64,000 nucleotides of DNA, taken from the NCBI GenBank assembly GCA_002269645.1, contig NIVC01000109.1, forward strand, positions 310,001-374,000, in the 5' to 3' direction. Position 1 is the first letter of the stretch. Each line of letters starts with the position of its first letter. The translations under genes were made by a program, and so were the position numbers. The notes beneath the pieces are model-generated. The model did no database searches. It was not told where the DNA came from and saw only the letters and a list, made by a program, of their open reading frames with translations. This document shows, piece after piece, positions 50,811 to 62,169 of this stretch. Source of the DNA: Macrostomum lignano (taxonomy: Eukaryota).

Positions 50811-53800
50811 TCATGCTCCCCAATTTATTCTAATCCCACATGCCGCATCACCTGCAGAGCCGACATTGCCGCACTCTTTGCCAAAGAAGACAATTTCCAA
50901 ATCTTCGCTTTCGAACCCGTTGCTTCGAACTGTCAACCGGCATTTCAGCCGGTCATTTCTGGTGATGGAAGTCATGTCCGGCGTTCTCACAACCAGCAGA
51001 TGCTGCAATTAATCATTTAGAAACGATGAAGGTCATATTATGATCAGACAGCTTATCCGCAAAATAAAACTTGCCTTTTTCAGTTCTACAATCGAACACG
51101 AACGAACAAAGTTACGAAGTGAACCCGTCGATTCAGCAGATGCAGATCCGGCACTTGATTGGCCGTGTAATGTTTGCAGATCAACTTTTATGTCGGTTTT
51201 GTTGATTCCTGAAGTATTTTTACAGTTACCATGTATAAATCTGTTGGTTGGTGCCTGTGGAGTGAGGTTGGTGTCGGAGGAGTGAGGTTGGTGTGGGTGG
51301 AGTGAGGTGGGTGTCGGTAGAGTGAGGTGGGTGTCGGTGGAGTGAGGTTGGTGTCGGTGGAGTGAGGTGGGTGTCGGTGGAGTGAGGTTGGTTTCAGTGG
51401 AGTGAGGTGGGTGTCGGTAGAGTGAGGTGGGTGCAGGTGTCTTTAGACTGAGATGGATGCCTTTGGGGAAAGCAGACGTCTGTAGTAAAGTAACCAATCA
51501 ATAAATCAATCTACCTGTCGTTGGCGTCTTGGTCAGAATGGCCACCAGACTGCCACCAGTCAGGGGCACCTCTGCCGGATTCAAGCGCTCAACCGCGATG
51601 GATTTCTTCTGTTCTGAATGGTGAATTTTTCAATTAATAGGTAATAAATTAAAACCAGATATTTTGTAAAAACTTTGAAATTTCCCGTAAGTCTTAGCAT
51701 ATCCTTGAACATAGATTCCGAGTTCTACATTCCGAATCCCAGATAATAAACTCCAGATCCCAAAGCTCACATATAGGAACACAGATCCCGAATCCCAGAT
51801 CCTAGATCCTGAATCCCAGATCCCGAATCCCAGATCCCGAATCCCAGATCCCGAATCCCAGATCTCGAATCCCAGATCTCGAATCCCAGATCCCGAACCC
51901 AGATATTGAATCCAACATCCTGAGTCCAAAACTCGAATCCGAGATTCATAATCCCAGATTCTGAATCCCAGATCCTGAATCCCAGATTCCGAATCCCAGA
52001 TCCTGAATCCCAGATCCTGAATCCCAGACCCTGAATCCCAGACCCTGAATCCCAGATCCTGAATCCCAGACCCTGAATCCCAGATTCTGAATCCCAGATC
52101 CCGAATCCCAGATTCCGAATCCCAGATCCTGAATCCCAGATCCTGAATCCCAGACCCTGAATCCCAGATCCTGAATCCCAGACCCTGAATCCCAGATTCT
52201 GAATCCCAGATCCCGAATCCCAGATTCCGAATCCCAGATCCTGAATCCCAGATCCTGAATCCCAGATCCCGAATCCCAGACCCAGAATCCCTGTTCCCGA
52301 ATCACAGATCCTGAATCCCAGATCTCGATTCCCAGATCCCGAAACCAAGATCCCAAATCCCGGATCCCAAATCCAATACTCTGAGTCCAAAACTCGAATC
52401 CGAGATTTCGAATCCCGGATCCAACATTTCACATCTTGAATCCCAGGTTTTAAAACAAAAGATCCCGATCCGAAATCCCGAATTCCAGATCCCAAATCTA
52501 GAGATCCCGAATCTTACATAATGAGTCCTAGACTTCGAATTATACGAGCGTAGATACCGAGTCCCAGATCTGCCAAATTCCAAATCCCAAATCAGTTAAA
52601 TTTAACCCCAGACCAGCAATGAGTCATACACCATCTTGAACTTACTGTCATCATTAATAGGATCACTGTACACCGTGCTCTGCCACCAGTGCATGCCTCT
52701 GGTGTCCGTGAATTGCAATGAAATTGCCAGCCGAATCGAACCCATGCTGCGGCTGGTGTATTCCACTTTGGAACTTTCCACTGCTGCACACAAAGTCAAA
52801 TGCGAGTTTTTAATATAGTTACAAAGGTGCAACATTACTTAAAGTAGCACAATAATAATAGTGCTAATAGACTCACCATCAGGCAGACTGGGGACATTTG
52901 CGCGCCTCAGCTCCATGGCTCTCTCAATGTCCATCTGACTTTTTCTGGTCACGCAGATCACGGCCAGGCGGTTGAAGCTGCATTGGTGTTGGAGGGAAGG
53001 GGGTCTTGCGAATGCGATATGTAGCTGATGGCTATGATAGTGCTTTGAGATTGGCTTTTAGATTGGCTTTGAGATTGGCTTCGAGATTGGCTTTGAGATT
53101 GGCTTTGAGATTGGCTTCGGGATTGGCTTTGTGATTGGCTTTGAGATTGGCTTTGAGATTGGCTTTGAGATTGGCTTTGAGATTGGCTTTGAGATTGACT
53201 TTGAGATTGGCTTTGAGATTGTTTTTGGGATTGGCTTTGAGATTGGCTTTGAGATTGGCTTTGAGATTGGCTTTGAGATTGGCTTTGAGATTGGCTTTGA
53301 GATTGGCTTTGAGATTGGTTTTGAGATTGGCTTTGAGATTGGCTTTGAGATTGGCTTTGAGATTGGCTTTGACATTGGCTTTGAGATTGGCTTTGAGATT
53401 GGTTTTGAGATTGGCTTTGAGATTGACTTTGAGATTGGCTTTGAGATTGGCTTTGAGATTGGCTTTGAGATTGGCTTTGAGATTGGCTTTGAGATTGGCT
53501 TTGAGATTGCCTTTGAGATTGGTTTTGAGATTGGCTTTGAGATTGGCTTTGAGATTGGCTTTGAGATTGGCTTTGAGATTGGCTTTGAGATTCGCTTTGA
53601 GATTGGCTTTGAGATTGGCTTTGAGATTGGCTTTGAGATTGGCTTTGAGATTGGCTTTGAGATTCGCTTTGAGATTCGCTGTGAGATTGGCTTTGAGATT
53701 GGCTTTGAGATTGGCTTTGAGATTGGCTTTGAGATTGGCTTTGAGATTGGCTTTGAGATTGGTTTTGAGATTGGCTTTGAGATTGGCTTTGAGATTGGCT

Positions 53801-55966
53801 TTGAGATTAGCTTTGAGATTGGCTTTGAGATTGGCTTTGAGATTGGCTTTGACATTGGCTTTGAGATTGGCTTTGAGATTGGCTTTGAGATTGGCTTTGA
53901 GATTGGCTTTGAGATTGGTTTTGAGATTGGCTTTGAGATTGACTTTGAGATTGGCTTTGAGATTGGCTTTGAGATTGGCTTTGAGATTGGCTTTGAGATT
54001 GGCTTTGAGATTGCCTTTGAGATTGGTTTTGAGATTGGCTTTGAGATTGGCTTTGAGATTGGCTTTGAGATTGGCTTTGAGATTGGCTGTGAGATTGGCT
54101 TTGAGATTGGCTTTGAGATTGGCTTTGAGATTGGCTTTGAGATTGGCTTTGAGATTGGCTTTGAGATTGGTTTTGAGATTGGCTTTGAGATTGGCTTTGA
54201 GATTGGCTTTGAGATTAGCTTTGAGATTGGCTTTGAGATTGGCTTTGAGATTGGCTTTGAGATTGGCTTTGACATTGGCTTTGAGATTGGCTTTGAGATT
54301 GGTTTTGAGATTGGCTTTGAGATTGACTTTGAGATTGGCTTTGACCCCTTTGAGATTGGCTTTGAGATTGGCTTTGAGATTGGCTTTGAGATTGCCTTTG
54401 AGATTGGTTTTGAGATTGGCTTTGAGATTGGCTTTGAGATTGGCTTTGAGATTGGCTTTGTGATTGGCTTTGAGATTGGCTGTGAGATTGGCTTTGAGAT
54501 TGGCTTTGAGATTGGCTTTGAGATTGGCTTTGAGATTGACTTTGAGATTGGCTTTGAAATTGGCTTTGAGATTGGCTTTGAGATTGGCTTTGAGATTGGC
54601 TTTGAGATTGGCTGTGAGATTAGCTTTGAGATTGGCTTTGAGATTGGCTTTGTGATTGGCTTTGAGATTGGCTGTGAGATTGGCTTTGAGATTGGCTGTG
54701 AGATTGGCTTTGAGATTGGCTGTGAGATTGGCTTTGAGATTGGCTTTGAGATTGGCTGTGAGATTGGCTTTGAGATTGGCTGTGAGATTGGCTTTGAGAT
54801 TGGCTGTGAGATTGGTTTTGAGATTGGCTGTGAGATTGGCTTTGAGATTGGTTTTGAGATTGGCTTCGGGATTGGCTTTGAGATTGGCTTTAACATTGGC
54901 TTTGAGATTGGCTTTGAGATTGGCTTTGAGATTGGCTTTGAGATTGGCTTTGAGATTGGCTTTGAGATTGGCTTTGAGATTGGCTTTGAGATTGGCTTTG
55001 TGATTGGCTTTGAGATTGGCTTTGAGATTGGCTTTGAGATTGACTTTGAGATTGGCTTTGAGATTGGCTTTGAGATTGACTTTGAGATTGGCTTTGAGAT
55101 TGGCTTTGAGATTGGCTTTAACATTGGCTTTGAGATTGGCTTCGGGATTGGCTTTGAGATTGGCTTTGAGATTGGCTTTGAGATTGGCTATAACATTGGC
55201 TTTAAGATTGGCTTTGAGATTGGCTTTGAGATTGGCTTTGAGATTGGCTTCGGGATTGGCTTTGAGATTGGCTTTGAGATTGGCTTTGAGATTGGCTTTG
55301 AGATTGGCTTTGACATTGGCTTTGAGATTGGCTTTGAGATTGGCTTTGAGATTGGCTTTGAGATTGGCTTTGAGATTGGCTTTGAGATGATTGGCTTTGA
55401 GATGATTGGCTTTGAGATTAGCTTTGAGATGATTGGCTTTGAGATTGCCTTTGAGATTAGCTTTGAGATTGGCTTTGAGATTGGCTTTGAGATTGGCTTT
55501 GAAATTGGCTTAGTGAATTCATCTCAGAGTAATACGAGGTCAATGAAGCTCACGTGATCTCCCATTCACTGCCCTTAAAAGCTGAGTCCACGGTCTTCTT
55601 CAGCTGGAAATATCCGTTGCTGCAGTGGTCTCCGTGCAGGTAGTACGGATGAGGAGCCTTCTCCTCGGCGCTCACGGTGCACACAGTCAGCTGCAGCTGC
55701 GAGTGCACAGCTGGGTCGATGCCGCTGACGCGAACTCTCACGAAGCTCTTGTTGCCATCGGTGGAGCTCCTGCCGAGCAGCAGGCCGCCAACTCTGCCGC
55801 TGTCCTTCTCGATCTCCGACTCGTAGCGAAATCGGTAGAACCGAGCCGGCTGCTCCTCGATGGTCAGCGAGGGCGGTTGCGGCAGCGGCTGAGGCTCATG
55901 CAGAACCAGGATCCGAGGCTGCTCTGGCAGCAGAACGTCCCTGCCAATCAACTGGGTTGTCGTCGC
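50811..55966 (-). CDS. NF-kB/Rel-like gene copy D (RHD+IPT): exons 55966-55554, 52977-52877, 52783-52646, 51613-51515, 51208-51075, 51002-~50811; termini unresolved
   Basis: RFRYESE, FNRLAVICVTRK, IRLAISLQF..STVYSDPINDD, RLNPAEVPLTGG, HLLVVRTPD..SNGFESE. Phases are consistent if one GC donor (51074) is used. Confidence 0.82.
51258..51435. repeat. 20-bp intronic minisatellite GAGTGAGGTGGGTGTCGGTG
   Basis: Tandem periodicity inside copy D intron. Confidence 0.9.
51790..52330. repeat. 14-bp intronic minisatellite GAATCCCAGATCCT
   Basis: Tandem periodicity inside copy D intron. Confidence 0.9.
53045..55512. repeat. 12-bp satellite (GAGATTGGCTTT)n, ~200 copies, in the intron after the copy D RHD exon
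   Basis: Exact periodicity; recurring variant units. Confidence 0.97.
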
Positions 55967-56788
55967 CTGCAGAACGATTTGAGGCTTGATTGAATTTCTG
56001 ACAGCCAGAAATGCGTTCGCTTCTTTCTAGTTCACAGTAAACAGCTATTTTGACAGTGAATGTATATTGTGTGAACTATTCATCACTTATCACTGCTGAA
56101 GCATATGGTGAATGTCGTGTACTTTAGAGCAAACCTATAGCTCGTATTTATATTGTATAAGGGGACAGTAGCGCCAGGAAGGGAGCAAAAGGGGACTAGG
56201 ATGATGGCGCCATGAGGATTCTAAACCTAGCTGTTTCGGTCTGGCATAGGTGGATCCCAACACAGGACAACGCTGGGACGTTTTATCATGCCATAAAACA
56301 GAACACACAGGACCTTACCATGGTACGAGTTGCTTTCTTAGAATCTTGAAGTAAAAAAGGAATGCTTTGCAATGAAAATTATAAAAAAGATTTTAGATTT
56401 AACTGTCTTCCTGTTTGAAAGGGGTCCGTCGGAATGGCACTTACTCGTAATCCTAACTGCCATTAACTGCCATCCTAACTGCCAAACTGTAACAAAAATC
56501 CTGAATCAAATTTTTGCTTGGGCATTCCGAGGGCATTCCACGGCTTGCCCGGGGTGCTCCCGCCAATGTGCAGTGCAAACTTGTAGCTAAAAATAGAAAC
56601 AGGCGTAAATGCCCGTACGTTCAACAGTGAACTCGGAATTACGAACGGAACTCCGAGTTGAGCAAAAGCTGACATGCTGAATGAGGAATTCCTCACAAGA
56701 GTAAGTCCTGGGTTTCTCAAAATTAAGACGTCACAAGGCTTCAAAAGTTTTAAATCGACAACAGTGAAAAATTATTCAGTGTCTGTAC

Positions 56789-57015
56789 CAGGGACTACTC
56801 AATACTCGGGACGGGAAACTACAAAAGTTTGGAGGCCGATCTATTAATAACTTATTCCTCGAAAAGTATTACATAGATATAGGTTTCGCTCTGTAGTCAG
56901 TGAGTTTGCGTCTTTGGTAAAAATCTATCCAAGCAATGCTTTTCAAGAATAATTTATTAATAGATCGGCCTCTAAACTTTTGTAGTTTCCTGTCCCGAGT
57001 ATTGAGTAGTCCCTG
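56789..57015. mobile_element. hAT-type MITE (227 bp)
   Basis: ~70-bp TIRs starting CAGGGACTACTCAATACTCGGGAC (about 3 mismatches); 8-bp TSD GTCTGTAC at 56781-56788 and 57016-57023. Confidence 0.85.
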
Positions 57016-59006
57016 GTCTGTACCAGTACGCTGTCACGGTATGCTGAAATGTAGGGCCAGTCTGTATGTATAGCTAAATAAATTCCTTTTTTAAAGAGAC
57101 ACTTAACGCAAAACAAAAACAGAGGTTTACCATTTAAGTGTACAATTTTTAGTTTCACAATAATTGCCGTCAAAAAGTTGAAAGTGTTGTTTCCTTGTTA
57201 AAACACACCATCCTTGTTTGAACAGATCAACATTGTTTAAACACATCATCACAAACGAATAAATCACAGATTACTTACTTGTACAGCTCTAAACAGATTC
57301 ATGCAACCTGCAGGCTATGAATGACAGCACTATGACTTGTGGTGGAAGCTGATGACTTCCATGCAGCTAGTCTAGAAATGACCAAGAAAAAGCTTCTAAA
57401 AGACAACCACAATGGGATTTGGGAAGCTAAATGATGAGATTATCTAGATGATTATGTAGAGCCACTTCATGATTACTTGTTAATTATTTTAACGGTGTCC
57501 GTAGCGTAATCGTACAAAAGAGACTAAAGCAACAAAGTACACAATTTCGGGTGTTTTCTGCATTCGAGTTGGTATTTAAAAATAGGACATATGTTAGTTC
57601 CCAGTCGCGACTCATGACAGCATCAGATCTGTACGCATGCGTAGGGAAATCAATGCGTACATGTAGAAAATACAAACTAATTCGTTTCAGAACAGATCCC
57701 TCTGCACGGTACTACCTGGTATAATAGGACCATCCAATGAAAACTACCCAATCGGGTAGGACCGAAATTCAATCAACAAGTGAGAAGTACGATTTCCATG
57801 CTAGCATGCCCACCATCGAAGCACTCGGCGGAGCCTGTTTTACTTCAAGAGCGGCCAGCGCGGCCCTGGTGGGCTTGATGAAGGGCGCCGGTCTGGGCCA
57901 TCGCCACTGCCGCTTCAGTGAGCCTCGACTGCCGGAAGCCGCTGGTGCGCGATCAGCAGTCGGCTTCTGCGGGACCTCGCCGCTGACCCAAGGATTACCA
58001 AGGTGGCCGTCAGGGCCGCGTCGCAGATCCGCCTGCGCAATGTCTAGGGGGGGGGAGGCGTTCAGGCCTGCGACACGTGGAGCTACCCTGGCAGTCAGGT
58101 GGCGGCGCAAGCCCAGCCGCTGCTGGAGTGACTGAATGCCCTGCATTGATAAATTTGCCCTCATGATTCATTGTGTACTTCATGAGTACATTAACTTGTC
58201 ACTGAGCCCGCTGGGTTGTCAGCCCCTCGACGCCGAGAACAACTATTTGAGCAACGATGATGGCATGAACTTCGACTGCTGGGAGCTGGTCGTCCGAACC
58301 ACCGGGCTGTGCTGACTGCCATGCCAAAAGTCATTTTTGCATTGATTTTCCATGCGATGAAGCCTCTTTAAAGATATCCGTTCGGGGTTTAAGCGCCTTG
58401 CATGCCTGCTTGTTTGATCAGTCAGATGGAGATACATTTCAGGCTCGTAGGCTAATGTGTTGTCTCATATTGCTTGCCTGTCGCTTAAGTATTCATAGCA
58501 AAATTGTTCGCGTGAAATGATGCAATAAGCGAGACGAACCCAAGTTAAATAAATACATTGCACTTATCTATCTATCTTGTCTTTATTGAATGTGGCGGAT
58601 CCACAATTTTTCATTGCCGTAATAGTTTGTAAGTTAATCAAATTCTCTGCCGTTGAAAATGGGGAAGTCAAGATTCGAGCCTGCAAAGTTGCCAGATGGA
58701 ATCGATGCTGGTGTTTCAGAGACACTTTACGACTCATCATGCTCAAATTTAGACATTGGACTAATTGACACGGAGTGGTTGTCTCTGGAAGTGTTCAAAG
58801 CTCAAATGGATAAAGTGAAACCAAACTGAGAAAAAATTCTAGTCTAAAATGTTTGATCGGCTACTGATTTATTCATTAGAAAATGTTCAACTTCTTACGA
58901 GTAAAGCGCAAACCAATTAAGGAATAAATTTGTAATCAAACAATACGACTAAAAAGTTGCCTATGAAACACCAGCAATCATCACTGAGCGGTCAGATGCG
59001 TATCAG

Positions 59007-59627
59007 TCAGCACTGCTCAGCGTGAGCAGCCAGCCGACCGCTCCTCAGCCTCACGAAGTCGATGCGGAACCGATCGCCCCACGAGTTCTCCAGCATCAGC
59101 AGCGGCAGCCGCAGGGACGACTCGTCGCCTGCCTTGAAGGTTGACGCCGGCAGCTCGACAACTCCGAGGACGTCGACTCGAGTCACCCTCGGGTCCGACA
59201 CGACGTCGCCGAGCGGACGGCCGGACGACGGCTCGACGGAGTCGTCGCGGAGCACCGGCTTCCAGCAGTCGAAAGTCAAGTCTCCGTCAGCGGCTCCGAG
59301 AACAATCCAGCCGACGGGACCGAGGGCCACTGTTGTGGCGGCTGCGCCAGCCGCTGTGGAAGACGCCCCTGCAGCCCCAGCGCCTCCCAGAGCCGCCCCG
59401 ATGGCCGCTCCCTCAGCCGCGCCGGCAGCGGCCGCGCCAGTCGCAGCGCCGCCAGCGATTCCAGAGGCGGCCGACGCCGCTCCACCAGCGATCGGGGCCG
59501 CGGCGCCACCCGTGGCGACAACCGCTCCGATGGCAGCAGCAGTGCCGAGAACCATGGCTGTAGCTTGGCTGAAGAACTTTAAATCCTTTTCTGGAAGCTC
59601 TGAAGCTGTCTTGAAAGAAATTTTCAA
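59007..59627 (-). CDS. Intronless uncharacterised protein with Gly/Ala zipper, hydrophobic GPVGW helix and a globular-looking C-terminus; start uncertain (TTG)
   Basis: 206-codon GC-rich open frame: ...ATGGAAAPIAGGAA...ALGPVGWIVLGAADGDLTFDCWKPVLRDDSVEPSSG...LENSWGDRFRIDFVRLRSGRLAAHAEQC*. Confidence 0.7.
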   Translation of the reverse strand: MKISFKTASELPEKDLKFFSQATAMVLGTAAAIGAVVATGGAAAPIAGGAASAASGIAGGAATGAAAAGAAEGAAIGAALGGAGAAGASSTAAGAAATTVALGPVGWIVLGAADGDLTFDCWKPVLRDDSVEPSSGRPLGDVVSDPRVTRVDVLGVVELPASTFKAGDESSLRLPLLMLENSWGDRFRIDFVRLRSGRLAAHAEQC

Positions 59628-59974
59628 CTCACTCTGCCCTATTTATGCTGCTGCTGCTGCCAGTTGTTCCTTGTAGGTCATTCAGCATCGCCACTGCCTT
59701 TTTGTAAGTTGTGAAACCTGGCGGAAAAACTCTTCAACTCACTAGGCTACTACATTGTGCACCAGTTTTCAGTTTTTTTAATTTTCGATTATCTAACAAT
59801 GAGAACAATTGCCAGAATAACACGGTTGTACCTGTTGCTCTGCGAAGTACGAGCTAAGCAGCAATTTTCATTTTTCATGTTTCATTTTTCTTTTGCAACA
59901 AAAATTTTCGCCATGCTTGGTGACGTAAAGCGACACGCCTTGTAAATCTCGCCCTACTGTCCTCAAATTTCGAG

Positions 59975-60135
59975 GGCCGCCCAGCCAACAGCTGGACAAG
60001 CTGGTTACTGTTGCGGCAAGTGTCGGCCTGGTGGTCCACACGCAGAAGACCGTCGTGCTCTGCATGCCGAATGAAATCGAGACTGCGATCCGGTGCCGAG
60101 GCGCTGACAGACAGACGATGGGGCTTCCACGTTGT
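59975..60135 (+). pseudogene. Short non-LTR (RTE-like) reverse transcriptase fragment
   Basis: QQLDKLVTVAASVGLVVHTQKTVVLC resembles the L..L...A..VGL.IN..KT.V segment after the YADD motif. Confidence 0.6.
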
Positions 60136-60700
60136 CGAAGGTGGGAGTTCCACCTATGTTGCAAAACTCAGTATTGGTGGTGCAGATGTAAGCAAGGAGT
60201 TCCTCGCCTCTGCTGTTGGAGGTATTACTGCCCCAGTGGGTGTGGTGGGCGTTGGCGTCGCCCGCCACCAACAGCTCGAACCTGCGGTCAGAGCAGTAGT
60301 CTACGAGGGAGGTGAGGTTGGGTGGAACCGCGGGGCCATCGCCAGGGATATAAATCGAGGCGATGATGACTGTGCGGTTGGTGATTATGTGGTTGGATTA
60401 AATGACACCGAGGTCTCTGTCAGAGAGGTCCGGTCTGTGCCAAGCTTTGAGGTGGTTAGATACGAAAATGGCTGCTCTGGGGTTTTGAGGGTCCTGAAAA
60501 CAGTCAAAACCAGCAGGAATATTCGGAATCTTACCTTTCTTCGTCCAGGGCTCCTGAAGTAGAATGATGCCCGGTTTCACGAAGTTTGCCACCTGCATCA
60601 GGTTGGTAGAGGCCGCGATGCAGTGGTGGAAGTTAAGCTGCAGGATGTCCACTCCGGGGATTCCACGAGTGGTCCGCGCAGCTTCCTGCCGGCTCAGGGC
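60125..60700 (-). pseudogene. LINE ORF2 apurinic-like endonuclease (APE) domain, in-frame TAA at 60398-60400, truncated
   Basis: ILQLNFHH, LLQEPW, PRAAIFV, ASIYIP, VAGDANAHHTHWGS, NIGGTPTF. Confidence 0.9.
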
Positions 60701-62169
60701 GAGTTGTGCAGGAGGGCTGCCTCTTCTGCCTCGCCGATGGCTCCAGGCTCCAGTTCCATGGGCTCCTCCCGATGGTCTCCATGGTCGAGGGCGGGGCCAC
60801 CACAAGGGCGGCATTCTCGCTCTCGACCCGGTTTTCCAGGGGGGAGGGGCGCAGTGGTGACACTGGGCTGGGGGTTGCTGCGGTTGTTGGCCTTGGCGGT
60901 GTCCAGCAGCTGCTTCGCGCGCTGAGTCAGACCAGAGCGGATAGTGTTCCGGGCGGGTTTCCAACCCTTTCCACGTCCGCCCGTTGCTGCAGCTTTTGCG
61001 GCTTTCCCCCTGACGAAGTCCACGTCCTCGGAGGGGTCGTGACGAACGGGAGCTTCTTTTCCTGGGCGTTTCCGCCCGGCAGAACCCCCGCTCGCCCGCT
61101 TACGTTTCTCCGGGGGCGGTGGGCGGGTAGCGTCAGACTCAAAGCTAAAAAGCTGAATCTGCATCAGCCCGGCAGGGATATGGGACATGTCCGGGTAGCG
61201 GATCATCCAGCTATCCGACAGTCCGAGAATAGCCGTGAAACCGTCTCCGCCCGGCTTAGAGATGTTCTCGTGAACTACGACGCCATTAGCCGGCAGCTCC
61301 GGGTTGGTAGCCACTAGCAGGCGACGCAGCTCGTCGGCCTTGGTGATGGAACTGCGAGCCGGAATCCAGGCACGGTGCCGGTGTGTCCGGGGTCGCTCGT
61401 CCTCCCTGTAGATAAACAGGTTTTCCAGCTCCGTACCCCAGTCGAAGGCTTTCAGCATCTCGAGGAGCTGCTGCCCAGACTGGCTGTCGGCGGGCTGGAT
61501 ATGAAGGGCTTGGTCCTCGACTTTCGTCTTTTGGACTTGAATAGTGGTACCGCTCAAGGCCATCTTGACTAGGTGGGAGTCCAGCCTGCGCCAGATTTGG
61601 TCGAGCTGTTCGGCCGTAAGATACGTCTCCTGGCCTTGAATGATCAGGGCCGGCTGCCTCTTGGCCATAGCCGCGTAGGTGCGCTTCGACTTAGTGGTTT
61701 GGCCAGCGCCCCCCGCTTTGGGTCCCTCCGCGGCCGTGGGAGTTTCCACACGGGCAGAGGTCTCGCCACGGGAGGGGCCAGCTGCACCAGGAGCTTCAGC
61801 GGCACCTGATGTATCTGGCCGGCGCGCGGGGTCCGCCCCCTTGTCGGATGTCGGCTCCTCCGCGGGATTCGCAGAGTTACCGGCACCCTCCTCGGAGGCG
61901 GCCGGAGGGGCGGCTTTCGCACTCCTCCGTTCCTCCGCTTTGCGCTGGAGAAAAGCTTTGTAGCGAGCAATGCTACGGGCCTTCTTCTTTGAGGGCTGAG
62001 GTCCGCTGTCCTGTTGTCCAGCCGCTTCGGTATTGTCCTGAGCGGCGGCAGGGGCTGACTGGGAGGCACCGGGGGTTCCAGTGTTGCGAATGTCCGGCTG
62101 GGCCGCGGTACCAACCTCGGTTGGTGCTCCAGCAGCCTCGGACGTGTCGGAGGTAAAAGAATGCTCCAT
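60694..62169 (-). CDS. LINE ORF1 protein (resembles DUF4780-type ORF1 of LOA/R1-related elements)
   Basis: 491-aa ATG ORF: low-complexity N-terminus, KRTYAAMAK motif, central domain ..LLVATNPELP.., directly upstream of APE. Confidence 0.7.
   Translation of the reverse strand: MEHSFTSDTSEAAGAPTEVGTAAQPDIRNTGTPGASQSAPAAAQDNTEAAGQQDSGPQPSKKKARSIARYKAFLQRKAEERRSAKAAPPAASEEGAGNSANPAEEPTSDKGADPARRPDTSGAAEAPGAAGPSRGETSARVETPTAAEGPKAGGAGQTTKSKRTYAAMAKRQPALIIQGQETYLTAEQLDQIWRRLDSHLVKMALSGTTIQVQKTKVEDQALHIQPADSQSGQQLLEMLKAFDWGTELENLFIYREDERPRTHRHRAWIPARSSITKADELRRLLVATNPELPANGVVVHENISKPGGDGFTAILGLSDSWMIRYPDMSHIPAGLMQIQLFSFESDATRPPPPEKRKRASGGSAGRKRPGKEAPVRHDPSEDVDFVRGKAAKAAATGGRGKGWKPARNTIRSGLTQRAKQLLDTAKANNRSNPQPSVTTAPLPPGKPGRERECRPCGGPALDHGDHREEPMELEPGAIGEAEEAALLHNSP

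Noticed and set aside
53058-55557. 688-aa, 808-aa and LALR ORFs
   Set aside because: Stop-free translations of the 12-bp satellite lying inside a Rel intron; not genes.
57737-58230. GC-rich segment with a PPLDI motif, possibly a LINE ORF2 C-terminal fragment
   Set aside because: One short motif only; strand and family cannot be supported.
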